Assembly: GCF_963921235.1 (NCBI RefSeq)
Contig: NC_086101.1
Location: 22,072,001-22,136,000, forward strand
Origin: Mobula hypostoma
Lineage: Eukaryota
Direction of reading: 5' to 3'
DNA: 64,000 nucleotides
Shown: positions 50,131-62,439 of the stretch, in pieces
How the letters are laid out: each line of letters starts with the position of its first letter
Numbering within the stretch: position 1 is the stretch's first letter
Notes under the pieces: model-generated
What the model was told of the DNA's origin: nothing
Databases searched by the model: none
The model's input: only the letters and a program-made list of their open reading frames with translations
Made by a program: the position numbers and the translations under genes

Positions 50131-51350
50131 CCCAGATCTATTGACAGTTAAGCGCCAAAGTCTTTGAACTGAAGCATTAACTCTCATGCTCTTTCCACAG
50201 ATGTTATCAGACCAGCTCAGTACTTCAATCATTTTCTATATTTTCATTTTAAATTTGCAGCATCTGCATTTTTGGTTTTCCCATCTCTGTGATCAGGGCT
50301 GGCCAGGCAGGTGAATGTTGGAGGCTGAGGTGATGGAAGTATGATCTGGTACTTTAGTTGCTCAGTTGTCGACCCTTGCCCCTAAAAAAAAAATCAGCTG
50401 GTGTGCAGGCTCAGGCACTGATGTCCCCGTTTTACAGGACAGCAGTTTACCTCCTGCCACTTTTAGACAACTCAAAATTAGAATCAGAACAGGTTTAATA
50501 TCACTGGCACATGTCGTGAAATTTGTTGTATTTGTGGCAGCAGGACATTGTAATACATAATAATAGAGAGAGAGAGAGAAAAGGTGAATTACATTTATAT
50601 ATATATATTAGTTAAATTAAATAACTAGTGCAAAAATAGAAATACTAAGTAGTGAGGTAGTTCCACGGGTTCAATGTCCATTTAGAAATCAGATGGCAGA
50701 AGGGAAGAAGCTGTTCCTGAATAGTTGAATGTGTACCTTCAGGCTTCTGTACCTTCTTCCTGATGACAGCAACGAGAACAAGGCATGTCCTGGGTAGTAG
50801 AGGTGCTTCACAATGGACGCTACCTTTTTGAGGCATCGCTCCTTGAATATATCCTGGATACTATGGTGGCTAGTGCTCATGATGGAGCTCACGAAGTTGA
50901 CAACTCTCTGAAGCTTATTTCGATCCTGTGCAGTAGACCCCTCCCCTATAGTCAGTTGTTCACCACAGACAGACAGGCCTTGCCAGATTTTTCCCTCAAA
51001 GAGCTAGGGCCAGCATCTGGAAGCCAGACCATGTGTGGCAAGGATGTCATGGATTAATGACGTCAAGCAGACCCTAAACAACAATGACCAGATTTCCATC
51101 AGCCCAATTCTAATCATGGAGGAGACTCTGCAATTCTAGGCAATCAAAATCCAGCATGAAGGTCATCAAAAGGGCATTGAACTGAGATAGAGGATTTAAT
51201 TGGACAAATTAATGCCATATCTCTTCCCACTGGTCTTATTTGATTTTGTTTGCTTGTATGTGGTTGCAAAGCCACCAACAATTTTCAAACATTCAGCAAA
51301 GAGAAAGAACTCATCATGAGTATTGGTAATTTCCCTGTGGGGAAAGAGAC

Positions 51351-51880
51351 ACACTCAGTGGCCATTTGATTAGGTGCAGGAGTGTGCCGAATAAAGCAGC
51401 CACTGAGTGTATATCTATTGCCTCCAGCTGTTGTAGCACATCACCTTTGAAGTTTGGTGCATTGTGTGTTCAGAGATACTGTTCTGCACACCGCTGTTGA
51501 AACTTGTGGTTAGGTGCCTTCCTGTTAGCTTGAACTAGTCTGGACATTCTTCTCTGACCACTGTCATTAACAAGGCATTTCCACCCACAGAACTGTTGCT
51601 CACTGGATGATTTTTGATTTTTGCACCATTCTCTGCATGATACTTCCAGGGGAATCTGGAATACTCAAACCACCGTATCTGGCACCAATAATCATTCCAC
51701 GGTTAAAGTCACTGAGATCACATTTCTTCCCCATTCTGATGTTTGGTCTGAACAACAACCGAATCTCTTGACCATATCTGAATGCTTTTATGCATTGAGT
51801 TGCTGCCATACAATTGGCAGATTAGATGTTTGCACTAACGAGCAGGTGTACGCAAATACTTAATAAAGTGGCCACTTCTC
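51351..51880 (-). mobile_element. Tc1-like non-autonomous element
   Basis: MGKKCDLSDFNRGMIIGARYGGLSI; end repeats cactcagtggcc and taataaagtggccac. Confidence 0.8.
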
Positions 51881-52394
51881 TAAATCTTTAGCGTAGAGAA
51901 ATAGCTCTTACTGGTATGGAGGCTACTGACATTGCTGTGTACCTTTCGATGTCTCTTGAAGCAAGGCTGATAGGTTAAAGTGCTCAGGAAATGCGTTAAT
52001 TTTTAAAAAGCAATGCTCTTCAAAGAGAACTTTACAGCTAAATCAATATGGTTTTGTGGAAAGGAAATTGTGCTTGACCAATGTATTGGGCTTCTTTGAA
52101 ATAACATATGGTGTAATTAAGGGAATTGTGAAATGTGGTATACTTAGATTTTCCACAGAGCATTATATAAATATCTGTATTAAAGGTTATGGTGCAAAAT
52201 ACAGCGATAGTGCACGAGGTAACAGACTGGGCTGGATAAAAGACTGGCTATCTAACAGAAAATAGAAAGTGGGCACAAGATTTTCTTACTGGCAAGGTGT
52301 AATCCTATTAAATGTCAAAAAGGTTGCATGGACATCTCCTACTCTAATGCATATCACCGTCTGTTCCAACTGAGAGGACATGAGAAGAATATCG

Positions 52395-52860
52395 TGGGTG
52401 AGAGACAGAGAAAGGTTAAGATAGAAAGAGAGTAAGAAAGGCAGATAATGAAGAGATGAGGAGTGCACTCAGCTGCTCGGCTGTTCTGGTAACAAGGCAG
52501 GGGGAGTGAGGTATGGTCCTCCTGGGAGGTTCACAATTCTAATTCGAGAGTTTGGATGGTGAGTGAGTAAGAAAGTGACAGAGAGGCAAAGGGAGAGATA
52601 AGGCGTTAGATCAAGGGAGAGAGAGATGTAAAGGGAGAGCAAAATAGATAGAGTGATAGAGAGGGAGAAATATAAAGATAGGCAGTAAGAGAGAAAAAGA
52701 AACAGCGAGAGAGGGAGGGAGGTGTACAGAGAAAAAGAGAGATAGAGGGAGAATGAGATAGGTTCATAGAGGTAGAGATATATAGATAGATATAATAGAG
52801 TAGAGAGAGAGAGAAAGTGAAAGAAGTTCCAATGGATAGTAAGTGGGAAGAGAAACAGAG
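52395..52860 (+). repeat. GA-rich low-complexity tract
   Basis: Long degenerate (GA/GATA/GGGA)n purine stretch. Confidence 0.85.
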
Positions 52861-52879
52861 ACTTGCAGATCAATGCGGA

Positions 52880-53450
52880 ATTTGCCGCGGTAGATATGGG
52901 TTCAGATATGATATCTGACAGATCTGGGGTGGGTAGATTCAGACCTTTTAGGTTCCTGTTTTTGAATGGATTCTGCAGTTTGAAGAAGCACAGCTCAAGG
53001 ATTCCTGGAGTTGCTGAAGATGTTATACTTTATCAAGGAAGGACTTTTCTTTGTGTTCCTGGAAACCCGCGCCAGAGCCTGGAATAATTTTCCAATTTCA
53101 GAAGTCAGGGTCCAGGTATGACATGCTCACCAGTGGTAATTCAGCATGATCAGAACATCAGTGCTGAGGATATTGGCCTGGGAGTAGGTGCTGATGTTAG
53201 CTCACCTATCCTGCCTGTTTGTTTGGTGAACTTTGCAGGGGTAATACTTGTCGAGTGGTTTCAGTTTGCCCATGCCTCTGAAGAGTAAAGGAGAATGGAA
53301 TCACTGTTGCTTGGTTGCTCTGCGCTGAGCTTGATGCCACAGAAAGCTGGCAGGTCCCGGTGCCCTAGATGCATCTGTTCATTACCAAAATCAAATCGTA
53401 TTGATTGACTTATTTGTGAATATAGTGTCCAGATCATCTCCCTGGTGCAA
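52880..53450 (-). mobile_element. Old RTE-clade LINE fragment
   Basis: SILLYSSEAW resembles RTE LLYGSETW. ANISTYSQANILSTDVLIML resembles the RTE C-terminal NxSVLSQANIPSIEAL region. Confidence 0.55.
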
Positions 53451-56409
53451 CGATGAGCAGCAAATTGGAAGACCTCAGGGATACAGATACCATGAATGTT
53501 AGCAGGCTTTTTCCTGTCAGGTTGCGTGAGACTCAATCTAGAGGTCATAGGTTTAGGGTGACAGGTGAAATAGTTAATGGGAATCTGAAGGAGAACTTTA
53601 CACAGAGGGTCGTGCAAGTGTGCAACAAGCTGCAAGCTAGTTGGGAGGTCAATAGTTACATTTAAGAGAAGTTTGGATAGGTACGTGAATGGAACAGATT
53701 TGGAGGGCTATGGTTCAGGTTCAGGTAGTTGGGATGAGGCAGAAGACCAGGCTAGCACGTATTAGATGGGCTGAAAGGCCTGTTTGTGCTGTAGTACTCT
53801 ACAACTCTAGGCCATGATAGTTATCGCTAAAGATGATATAACAGAGATGCTCACAGCCAATATGACCTTGATTCCCACAGCGGGCACAGCCAGAGATCTC
53901 CCACAGAATATTGGCTATGATGGCAGCCCTGAAGAACAAATGCATGGTTCATCAGTAAGGTGTCATTGGGAAGTGGTAGCTCTGAGCTGTCTGTGGGAGT
54001 CAATATTCTACAACCTGTCCTGTGCACATCCCGGAAACTAATTAATGACTGGAGGAGCAGGGAGAGAAATGGAAGAAATAAAGAAATTCAGGACAATTTT
54101 CTGATCAGGTGCATCGCTCTTCGTAAACTGGCTGTAATTCCATCAGTTACAAATGTTAAAAGAGAACAAATAAATATTCATGATATTGCTCTCATTGTGT
54201 ACAATATAACTAACTATTGGTACCAAATGAGCAATACTGGTATAGGTATTGGTTTATTATTGTTACGTATACAGAGATACAGTGAAAAATTTTGCCTTAC
54301 CAACAGTCATGCAGATCACGTACATTGAGGTAGGACAAGGCAAAACAATAACAATACAAAATAGACTGGAAAGGCTAAATTAGCTGCCATTTTAATAGCT
54401 CAGTGCTCTTTGTGAAAAGTGGGAAATTGTTGTCCATCCATACTTTATTGTTTTATTGGCAAAAAGAGCCAATTTTCTCATTGTATTGAATGGTGCTGAA
54501 CACAAACGTTATCTTGTTCCATCATTGGAAAGGCACAAAGATTTTAGTCCAAGAGATGCACGGAGATCTGAGTGTCCTGGTGCATGATCTGCAAATGGCT
54601 AACATGCAGTGCATCAAGTCAATGGGAAGCTGGAGGAACTGAATACAAAATAAGGAAATGTGTTTCACATGTATTAGGCATTACTGAAATTGAAAATGCC
54701 ATATTTGTACTGGTTTACTGAGTTGGCTGGTGTATGGGGGATGGTTAGAAAAGCCAGGCTTGTAACCTCTGAGATTTAGAACCTGGTGACTTGAATGAAA
54801 CAAATCTAATCTTAACAACAAGGATGAAATGCTGGAGGAACTCAACAGGTCAGGCAACGTCTATGGAAAAAAGTACAGACGACGCTTGGGCTGAGACACT
54901 TCGGCAGGACGATCTTGATGGGTCTTGGTAGGATGGAGTCATTAGTGTCACAAAGCTCTCCAGCACTAAAGGGGGGAGGATGTTTCTCCTTGTGGAAGAA
55001 CCTAGAATTTGGGATCACTTCAAAATCAAGGGAAATTTGCTTAAGTGAAAAATGAGACAAAGGTTTTCCAATCAGGGGATAATGAGTCTTTCCACCTCTC
55101 TTCCTTAAAGTGCCATTGATTCAGAGTCTTTGAATATATTTATGGTGCTAGAGACTTTGGTGAAAGGCTATCATGAGTAGATGGAATTGCAGAGCTAAGA
55201 TTATAAAGTCAAGTTAATTAGCATAATAAAAATAAGTAACATAGAAATCTTGAGGGGCCAAATGGCCTATGCCTGATCCTAATTTACGTATTCATATGTT
55301 TCTACAACAAGTGCAACAGAATCTTCCGGAATATTCCACTTGCAATGGCAAAACATTCCAAGAATGATATGGAGGTGAAATCAAACAAAATAGATGCCAC
55401 ATCAAATTACCAAAATCTTGGTCAATATAGTATATTTAAGAAGGGTCTTCAAATAGAAACAAACTTAGAACTTCAGAAAAAGTTTAGAGAGGGAATTCCA
55501 AAATTCCATAAATTTTAGAATTGCCCTTTTGGATTGGAGGATTGCAAATGTGACCAGACTATTTTAGAAAAGAAGAGAGAAAACAGAGAATTACCAAGCT
55601 TTTAGCTGAAGTTTAGTTGGAGAGAAAATGCTGAAGCCCATAACAAGCTAAACACAGAAAATGTTGCAGGAACTCAGCAGGTCAGGCAGCATCAATGGAA
55701 GTGAAGGATTCGTCATGAGGACTTCAGGACATTGGAAGCTTTGATTCTAATGAAGCATCTCAGCCTAAAACATCAACTGTTCATTTCTGTCTATAGATGC
55801 TGCCTGACCTGCTGAGTTCCTCCAGCATCTTGTGTGTGTTGCTCAGGATTTTCAGCATCTGTAGAATCTCTTACATCATTAACATCTATATTGAGGTTCA
55901 TTGAGCAACACGTTTTGTTTTGCTCGATATCATGTTTTGACTAATCTACTGAATTATGAAGGGTGTGACTAATAGAATAAACAATGGGGAATCAATATTT
56001 GGATCTTTGGAGGGTTTTTGTTAAGGACCCACATATTTGCTAAAGACTTTGGTGACATACCAGGCTCTTTTTGACTACTAAGGCAATCGAGGGATGTGGG
56101 GGTAGTGCTGGAAAATAGAACTGAGGTTAAAAGTCTTGGGGAATCATGGAGCAGACGGGAATGGCTAGAGAGCTAAACATTGGCTTTTATTCCTAGTGTC
56201 CTTGTGTCCTAATGAGTTACAGAGCTCAACGTTAGTAGCTAAAGCTTTGCCCACCAGTGAATTTCTGGAAATGCAAAATAAAATCAGAAATTCTATTGAT
56301 GATAATTCACCTCCCCACAAACAAAAATATTCCATGCATCAAATTCTATTTTTACTAGATTACTCTAACAAAATTTGTGATCTGTTCCTTTTTCTTTATT
56401 TAACATAAG

Positions 56410-56499
56410 AATCCAACAACAAGCAACCCCATGGTAATTTATTCTGACATGAACTCATCAGAATATGCAGGAATTACGGGAAAAGCGGATAAGTGGTGA
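56410..56499 (+). CDS. Ig-superfamily receptor terminal coding exon with two tyrosine motifs (NPTTSNPMVIYSDMNSSEYAGITGKADKW*)
   Basis: Acceptor ttcctttttctttatttaacatAAG in phase 0, matching exon 4. VIYSDM and SEYAGI resemble ITIM/ITSM. The five exons total 717 nt, i.e. 238 aa plus stop. Extra phase-0 exons in between cannot be excluded. Confidence 0.65.
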   Translation, partial: NPTTSNPMVIYSDMNSSEYAGITGKADKW

Positions 56500-57412
56500 A
56501 AAACCAGAAGGCGGCCATTTTCAGAAACTGAGTAATTATTCATAAAATAATGTTAACCTTGTTTGTATGAATTGTTTTTATTTGCTCAAACAAAATGTGT
56601 AGACATGTTACCTACACACACTAAGCAATAATTGGCCGGTGGACAAGAACTTATCTCCTGGTGCTTGTGGTCTGGAGAATGGAATTTCTCAATCAAATTA
56701 AGGAAAAGTGCATTTGAGAGAATTTGCTCCAAGTCTTCAATGTATATTGTCAACACATACGCTTGAAAAGGTGTTGCATTCTCATCACCGAAACAAATAC
56801 CTCCTGCCCCTGGGAGTCTCTGTCTACATCTGAGTCTACCTGAACTGAAGCCAATCGTAACTGGAGGGTGAAACTTAATTTGACACTAATTAATGCCAAG
56901 AGGTTCATCTTCTACATTTTCCTAGTGTTTGGTTCTAACATTACAAAAGTCAATTTCCACTGAGTCTACAACAACTTGATTATAGTCTACATTGTAAATT
57001 TTCTTGTTTAATTTTCTTTTAACTCTATGTTTGTATAATCACCTGTTTGCCTATAAATGCTCAGTGGATTATCAGTACTTTCTATAGTTTCTTTGTCTGC
57101 AGCCTATGACATGCCATAAATTGAACTTTCTCAAAGGCTTTTCTTATCAAAAGAATTTTCTTATCTGTAACTTAAGAGACTGTGCAGATGCTGGAAATCC
57201 TGAGCAGCACACACAAAATGCCGGAGAAACTCAGCAGGTCGAGCAGCATCGATGGAGAGGAATAAACAGTCAATGTTTCATCAGAACTCCAAGCCTGACT
57301 GTTTAGTTTGAAGTAGTTTTCAGTATAAAGATATCCACAGGTTCTTTGCTCTTTGTCTTTCTTCATTACAGAAGACTGAGTTGGTTATTGTTATTTCCGT
57401 GTTATGAGACTT

Positions 57413-57418
57413 AATAAA
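57413..57418 (+). terminator. Candidate polyadenylation signal for the Ig receptor gene
   Basis: AATAAA in unique DNA about 0.9 kb after the stop and just after a strong acceptor at 57371. Confidence 0.35.
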
Positions 57419-58384
57419 ACTGTAACCACAAGATTTACGCTTCATTCTTGACTTGCAAAGTGATTTCTGGACAATATCATCTCCAGATCCAACAAACTCA
57501 ACTGCTTTAAGTCCCCAGACATCTTTGCTTTAAATCCACCGTCCAATTCCAATATCCAAGTACCATCAGATCCCGACCTTTCAGCTCACTGCAGTCATCC
57601 TGTGCTGCCAGCAAATCCCAGGTACAGCCCTGCCCTTCGGTCAAGGCTGATTCCTTGCATTGACACTCACACTGATCCTCCCTCCACACCACTCAACCCA
57701 ATACCCATCTAGATACGGTGCAACAATCAGACGTTTTCACCGACGTTATGAGATTGCCACATTTGCAACCTTGCAGTTTGCAAACTGGTAAAATGTTCCC
57801 TATGTTACAACCATAAATACACATTCTAAAGTATGCCAGCTTCTGTGATGCATTTTAGGGTATCCTGAATTCATAAAAAGTACTTATAAACACAAGCCCT
57901 TCTTTCCTTTGGTTGTTATTACTTGTGTGCAGTTGTATGCAAAGGGACTTGTGCCACTGGGTGCTCCAAGCTTTAATAAAGTTCAAAGTAAAGTTTATTA
58001 TCAGAGTACATACATGTCACCACATACAACCCTGAGACTCTTTTCTTACAGGAGTAGTTAGCAAATCTATAGAACAGTAACTGTAAACAGGATCAATCGA
58101 TGACAAACTGTGCAAATGCAGATAATAACTAAATTACAATAAATAATGAGCATGAAATAACAAGATAAAAGAGTCCTTAAATGAGCCTAGTTATCCCCAT
58201 TTGTTCAAGAGGCTGATGGTTGAGGGGTAGTAACTGTTCCTCAACCTAGTGGTGGAGTCCTGAGGCTCTTGTACCTTCTATCTGATGGCAGCAGTGAGAA
58301 AAGAGCATGGTCTGGGTGCTGATTGTCTTTAATGATGGATAATGCTTTTCTATGGCAACGTTTCATGTAGATATGCTCAATGGT

Positions 58385-58870
58385 TAGAACACAGAGCTTA
58401 GAAATCTACTGCACATTGCAGGCCCTTCGGCCCGCAATGTTGAGTTGACCATATAACCTACTCTAGAAACTGCCCAGAATTTCCCTACCACATAGCTGTT
58501 TTTCTAAGCTCCATGTACCTAATAAGAGGCTTCTAAAACACCCTATTGTATTCGTCTCCACCACTTTCACTGGCAGTGCATTCCACGCACCCACTACTCT
58601 CTGTGTGAAACACTTACCTTTGATATCCCCCTTGTACATACTTGCAAGCACCTTAAAACTATGCCCCCTTTATGTTAGCTACTTCAAGCCTAGGAAAAAG
58701 CCTCTGGCTATCCACATGGTCAATGCCTCTCTTCTTATCAGGTCACCTCTCATCCTCCATCGCTCCAAGGAGAAAAGGCCAAGTTCACTCAACCTATTTT
58801 CAAAAGGCATGCTCTCCAATCCAGGCAACATCCTCATAAATCTCCTCTGCACTCTCTCGATCGTACCCAC
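58385..58870 (-). mobile_element. CR1 3' fragment
   Basis: [15 protein letters not shown]...FTQRVVGAWNALP. Further CR1 pieces at 53450-53810 (+), 54530-55290 (+) and 59335-59800 (-). Confidence 0.85.
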
Positions 58871-61499
58871 TATAGAGAGTTGGGAAGATTTTACCCGTAA
58901 TGTACTGGGCTGAATCCACTAACTTGTGTAGGATTTTCCACTCAAAGGCTCTGGTGTTCCCATCCCAGACTATAATTCCGCTAGTGGCTTCTACTTCTCA
59001 ATCTCCCTCTTCTTAGTCAACCCCGTGGAGTTAGTATGTCATACTGGCACTCCAGTTTGTTTGGTCCAGAGGTCAGTGTGGGGATCTCAGATACTAAGGT
59101 ACAGCAAGCAACAGAGCCAGTGTAAGTTACTTGGTTTCATACACAGGAGAACCATACTTGGTGTGCGGTCAGAGTGGGGTGCAGAATGGCCTGTTTCTGT
59201 GGCTCTATGGTTCCTTCTGGATGGTGATTGGAATGGAGTGGAGGGGTGCTAGTTTGTGAGGTGATTAGCTCCTTCTGCCACTCACACAGGGCCTACGTGT
59301 TCTTCCAGTGAATGGTCTTGGGGCCCTCATGGAGGCATTGAACACTATGGGCACAGAAACAGGCCATTTGGCCCATCTAGTCTGTGCTGAACTATTATTC
59401 CACCTAGTTCCATCAACCTGCACCAGACCCTGGCCCCCATACACCTTCCATCCACGTACCTAATTAAATTTCACTTAAGTGCTGAAATCAAACCCAAATC
59501 TACCACTTGCACTGGCAGCACATTCCACACTTGCATGACACTCAGAGTGAAAAAGTCCTCCCTCATGATCCCCTTAAACATTTCACCTTTCCCCTTTAAC
59601 CCATGACATCTAGTTCTAGACTCACCCAACCTCAGTGAAAACAGCCTTCTTGCCTTTACTTTACTTTTCACAATCCTGTATGCCTCTATCAACTCTCCCC
59701 TCATTCCCCTGCTCTCCAGGGAATAAAGTACTAATCTATTCAATCTTTCCCTGTAGCCCAGGTCCTCAAGTTCTGGTAACATCCTTGTAAACTTTCTCTG
59801 CTTTCTTTCAGTACTATCACAAATGCTTTCTCATTTTCCATATTTCCTTATGATGTAGATTAGGAGGCCATTCAGACCATTAAGTCCATGCAGTATCACA
59901 AAGTAACCCCTTTCCCTAGTTACTTCCTCTGTAATCTAATCCCCTCATGTTCCCACCATCCACATGGCCCCAGACTCTACTCACCACTGCCAATTACCTG
60001 CACACTACACTTTCTCTGTAACCGTTACACCGTATACTGCATCTGTTATTGTTTTAACTTGTTCCACCTCAACGCACCATGCAATGATCTGCAAGATAAG
60101 CTTTTTACTGGATCCTGGTACATGAGAAAATTATAAACCAATTCCAGTCAGTTAAATACCCAAAATACCAGGTGTAAGAATGGTGGGAGAAAATTCAAAG
60201 TTCAAAGTAATTTTATTATCAAGGTACATATACGTCACCATATACTACCCTGAGATTCATTTTCTTGTGGGCATACTCAATAAATCCATAATAGAATAAT
60301 AACCATAACAGAATCAATGGAAGACCACACCAACCAGGATGTATTTGCACAGTCTTTAAACTGTGCAAATACAAATATAAATAATAATAATAATAATAAA
60401 TAAATGAGCAATAAATAGCAAAGAGCATGAGGTGAAGAGGCCCTGAAAGTGAGTCCGTAGGTTGTGGGAACATTTCAGTGATGAAGTAGAGTGAAGTTAT
60501 CCCATTTGGTTCAAGGGCCTGATTGCTGAGGGGTAATAACTGTACCTGAACCTGTTGGTGTGAGACCTGAGGCTCCTGTACCTTCTATGTTGGGATTCAG
60601 CCTTCCTTATTGCCCTCACTCCATTATGCTGCCTGTCAGGGGTTTGCAAGTTCTCCCCGCGGCCACATGATTTCCTCTGGGTGCTCTGGTTTAATCCCAC
60701 ATTGCAAAGACCCTCAGAGACAGTTATTTAGCTGTGGGCATGCTACCTTGGCACTGGAAATGAGGCTACACTTGTGGGCTGCCCAAGGATAATCCTCGGA
60801 GACTTGATTTGACACAAACAACGCATTTCACTGCATCTTTTGACGTACACATGACAAATAAAGCTAATCTCTTTATCAGAACACTGATTTGTGCAGACCT
60901 TGCTGGTCTTCCCAGTGTGAGGAGTTCCCACGTATGAACACTGCTGATTGACAGGGCCCAGGCTGCAGGAGTCCATGCTGAGGGATGCACTGAAGTTCAA
61001 GTGCAGCCACAGCAGAGGCTCTGTGTGGAAGGACCACAGTTCAGGGCTTTGCTGCCATGGAAACAGAGGGGCTAGGTCCTTGTAAAATCCTCTCAGAGGC
61101 ACTTTCTTTAGGGAAGAACTCTGAGTAGCATTGACATATTGTAAGAAAAGCATTTTACTGATGCTACAACAAACGTAGAGCAAGATATATAATGAATGTC
61201 ATTATTTAATATGTTTGTTACTACCAAGAGGGAGGAGGAACAGGAGCCTGAAGGAACACACTCAACATTTTAGAAACAGCTTCTTTCCTTCCAATGTTGG
61301 ATTTCTGAATGGACTATGAACCAGCCCATGAACACTACTGGTGGAATCGGTTGTTCTTTAAGTTTTTAATAAGCTATAAATTGAATTAATGAGTTTTTTG
61401 TAGTTTCCCTAACGTATAACTTATATTTTTCACAATATGTGGTGTGAGACTCCACCTACTGGTGGCAAAATGATATAACCGTTACATAGCATTTTATGA

Positions 61500-62310
61500 T
61501 CTCCCTCCTGGTATTTATCCTGGCGAGTGAAACAAGTGCTAACACCTGTCCCCACACCTCCAACCTCACTACCATTCAGGACCCCAAACAGTCCTTCCAG
61601 GTGAGGCGACATTTACTGCTTCCGATGCTCCCAGTGTGGCCTCCTGTATATCGGTGAGACCCAACATAGACTGGCAGGCCACTTCACCGAGCACCCACCC
61701 TCCATCCACCAGAAAAAGCCACCACCTTCAATTCCACTTCCCATTCCCATTCCGAAGTCAGTCCATGGCTTCCACTACTGCCATAATGAGGCCACACTCA
61801 GGATGGAGGAACGACATCTTATATTCCATCTGGGTCGGCTCCAACCTGATGGCATGAACATAAATTTATCAACCTTCTGGTAATTACCCCCCTCTTTCCA
61901 CGATTCCCCATTCCTGTTTCTTTCCCTCTCCTATCTCTTGCCATCACTTCCCTCTGGTTTCTCCTCCCCTTCCCTTTCTTCCATGACCTTCTACCCTCTC
62001 CTGTCAGATTCCTCCTTCTCCAGTCCTCTATCTCTTTCACCGATCAACTTCCCAGCTCTTTACTTCACCCCTCCTCTCTTCTGGTTTCACTTATTACTAA
62101 TCACCCTCTTCTTCTTCTTCTTCTTCCCCTCCCCCCACCTTCTTACTCTGACTTCCCATCTTTTTTCCCAGTCCTGATGAAGTGTCTTGGCCCGAAACAT
62201 TGACTGTTTATTCATTTCCATAGATGCTGCCTGACCTGCTGTGTTCCTCCACCATTTTGTGTGCGTTCCTCTGGATTTCCAGCATCTGCAGATATCCTCA
62301 TGTTTGTTAT
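61500..62310 (+). mobile_element. Older Penelope-like 3' part plus pLTR
   Basis: attcaggaccccaaacagtccttccaggtgagg GIY-YIG remnant; pLTR with cagtcctgatgaag at 62170. Confidence 0.85.
62170..62206 (+). ncRNA. Minimal hammerhead ribozyme-like motif (CpG-decayed), best-preserved copy
   Basis: CAGTC-CTGATGA-AGTGTCTTGGCCC-GAA-ACAT-T-GACTG: stem I CAGTC/GACTG intact, core intact, stem III ACGT changed to ACAT. Confidence 0.6.
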
Positions 62311-62439
62311 AAGTTACATTTTTATGTAAGTTTTATCATCTTTCATTTTTCATTGGCTGAGTGTTAAATATGCTACACCTGTGTGCCATCCAATAGGCCC
62401 TTGTTTATCTCAGAAATTTGCCTTAACTCGGTATGAAAG

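Noticed and set aside
55270-55520. Open + frame containing SNYQNL (ITIM-like)
   Set aside because: No acceptable splice acceptor. It starts in a CR1 tail and ends in L2-like sequence.
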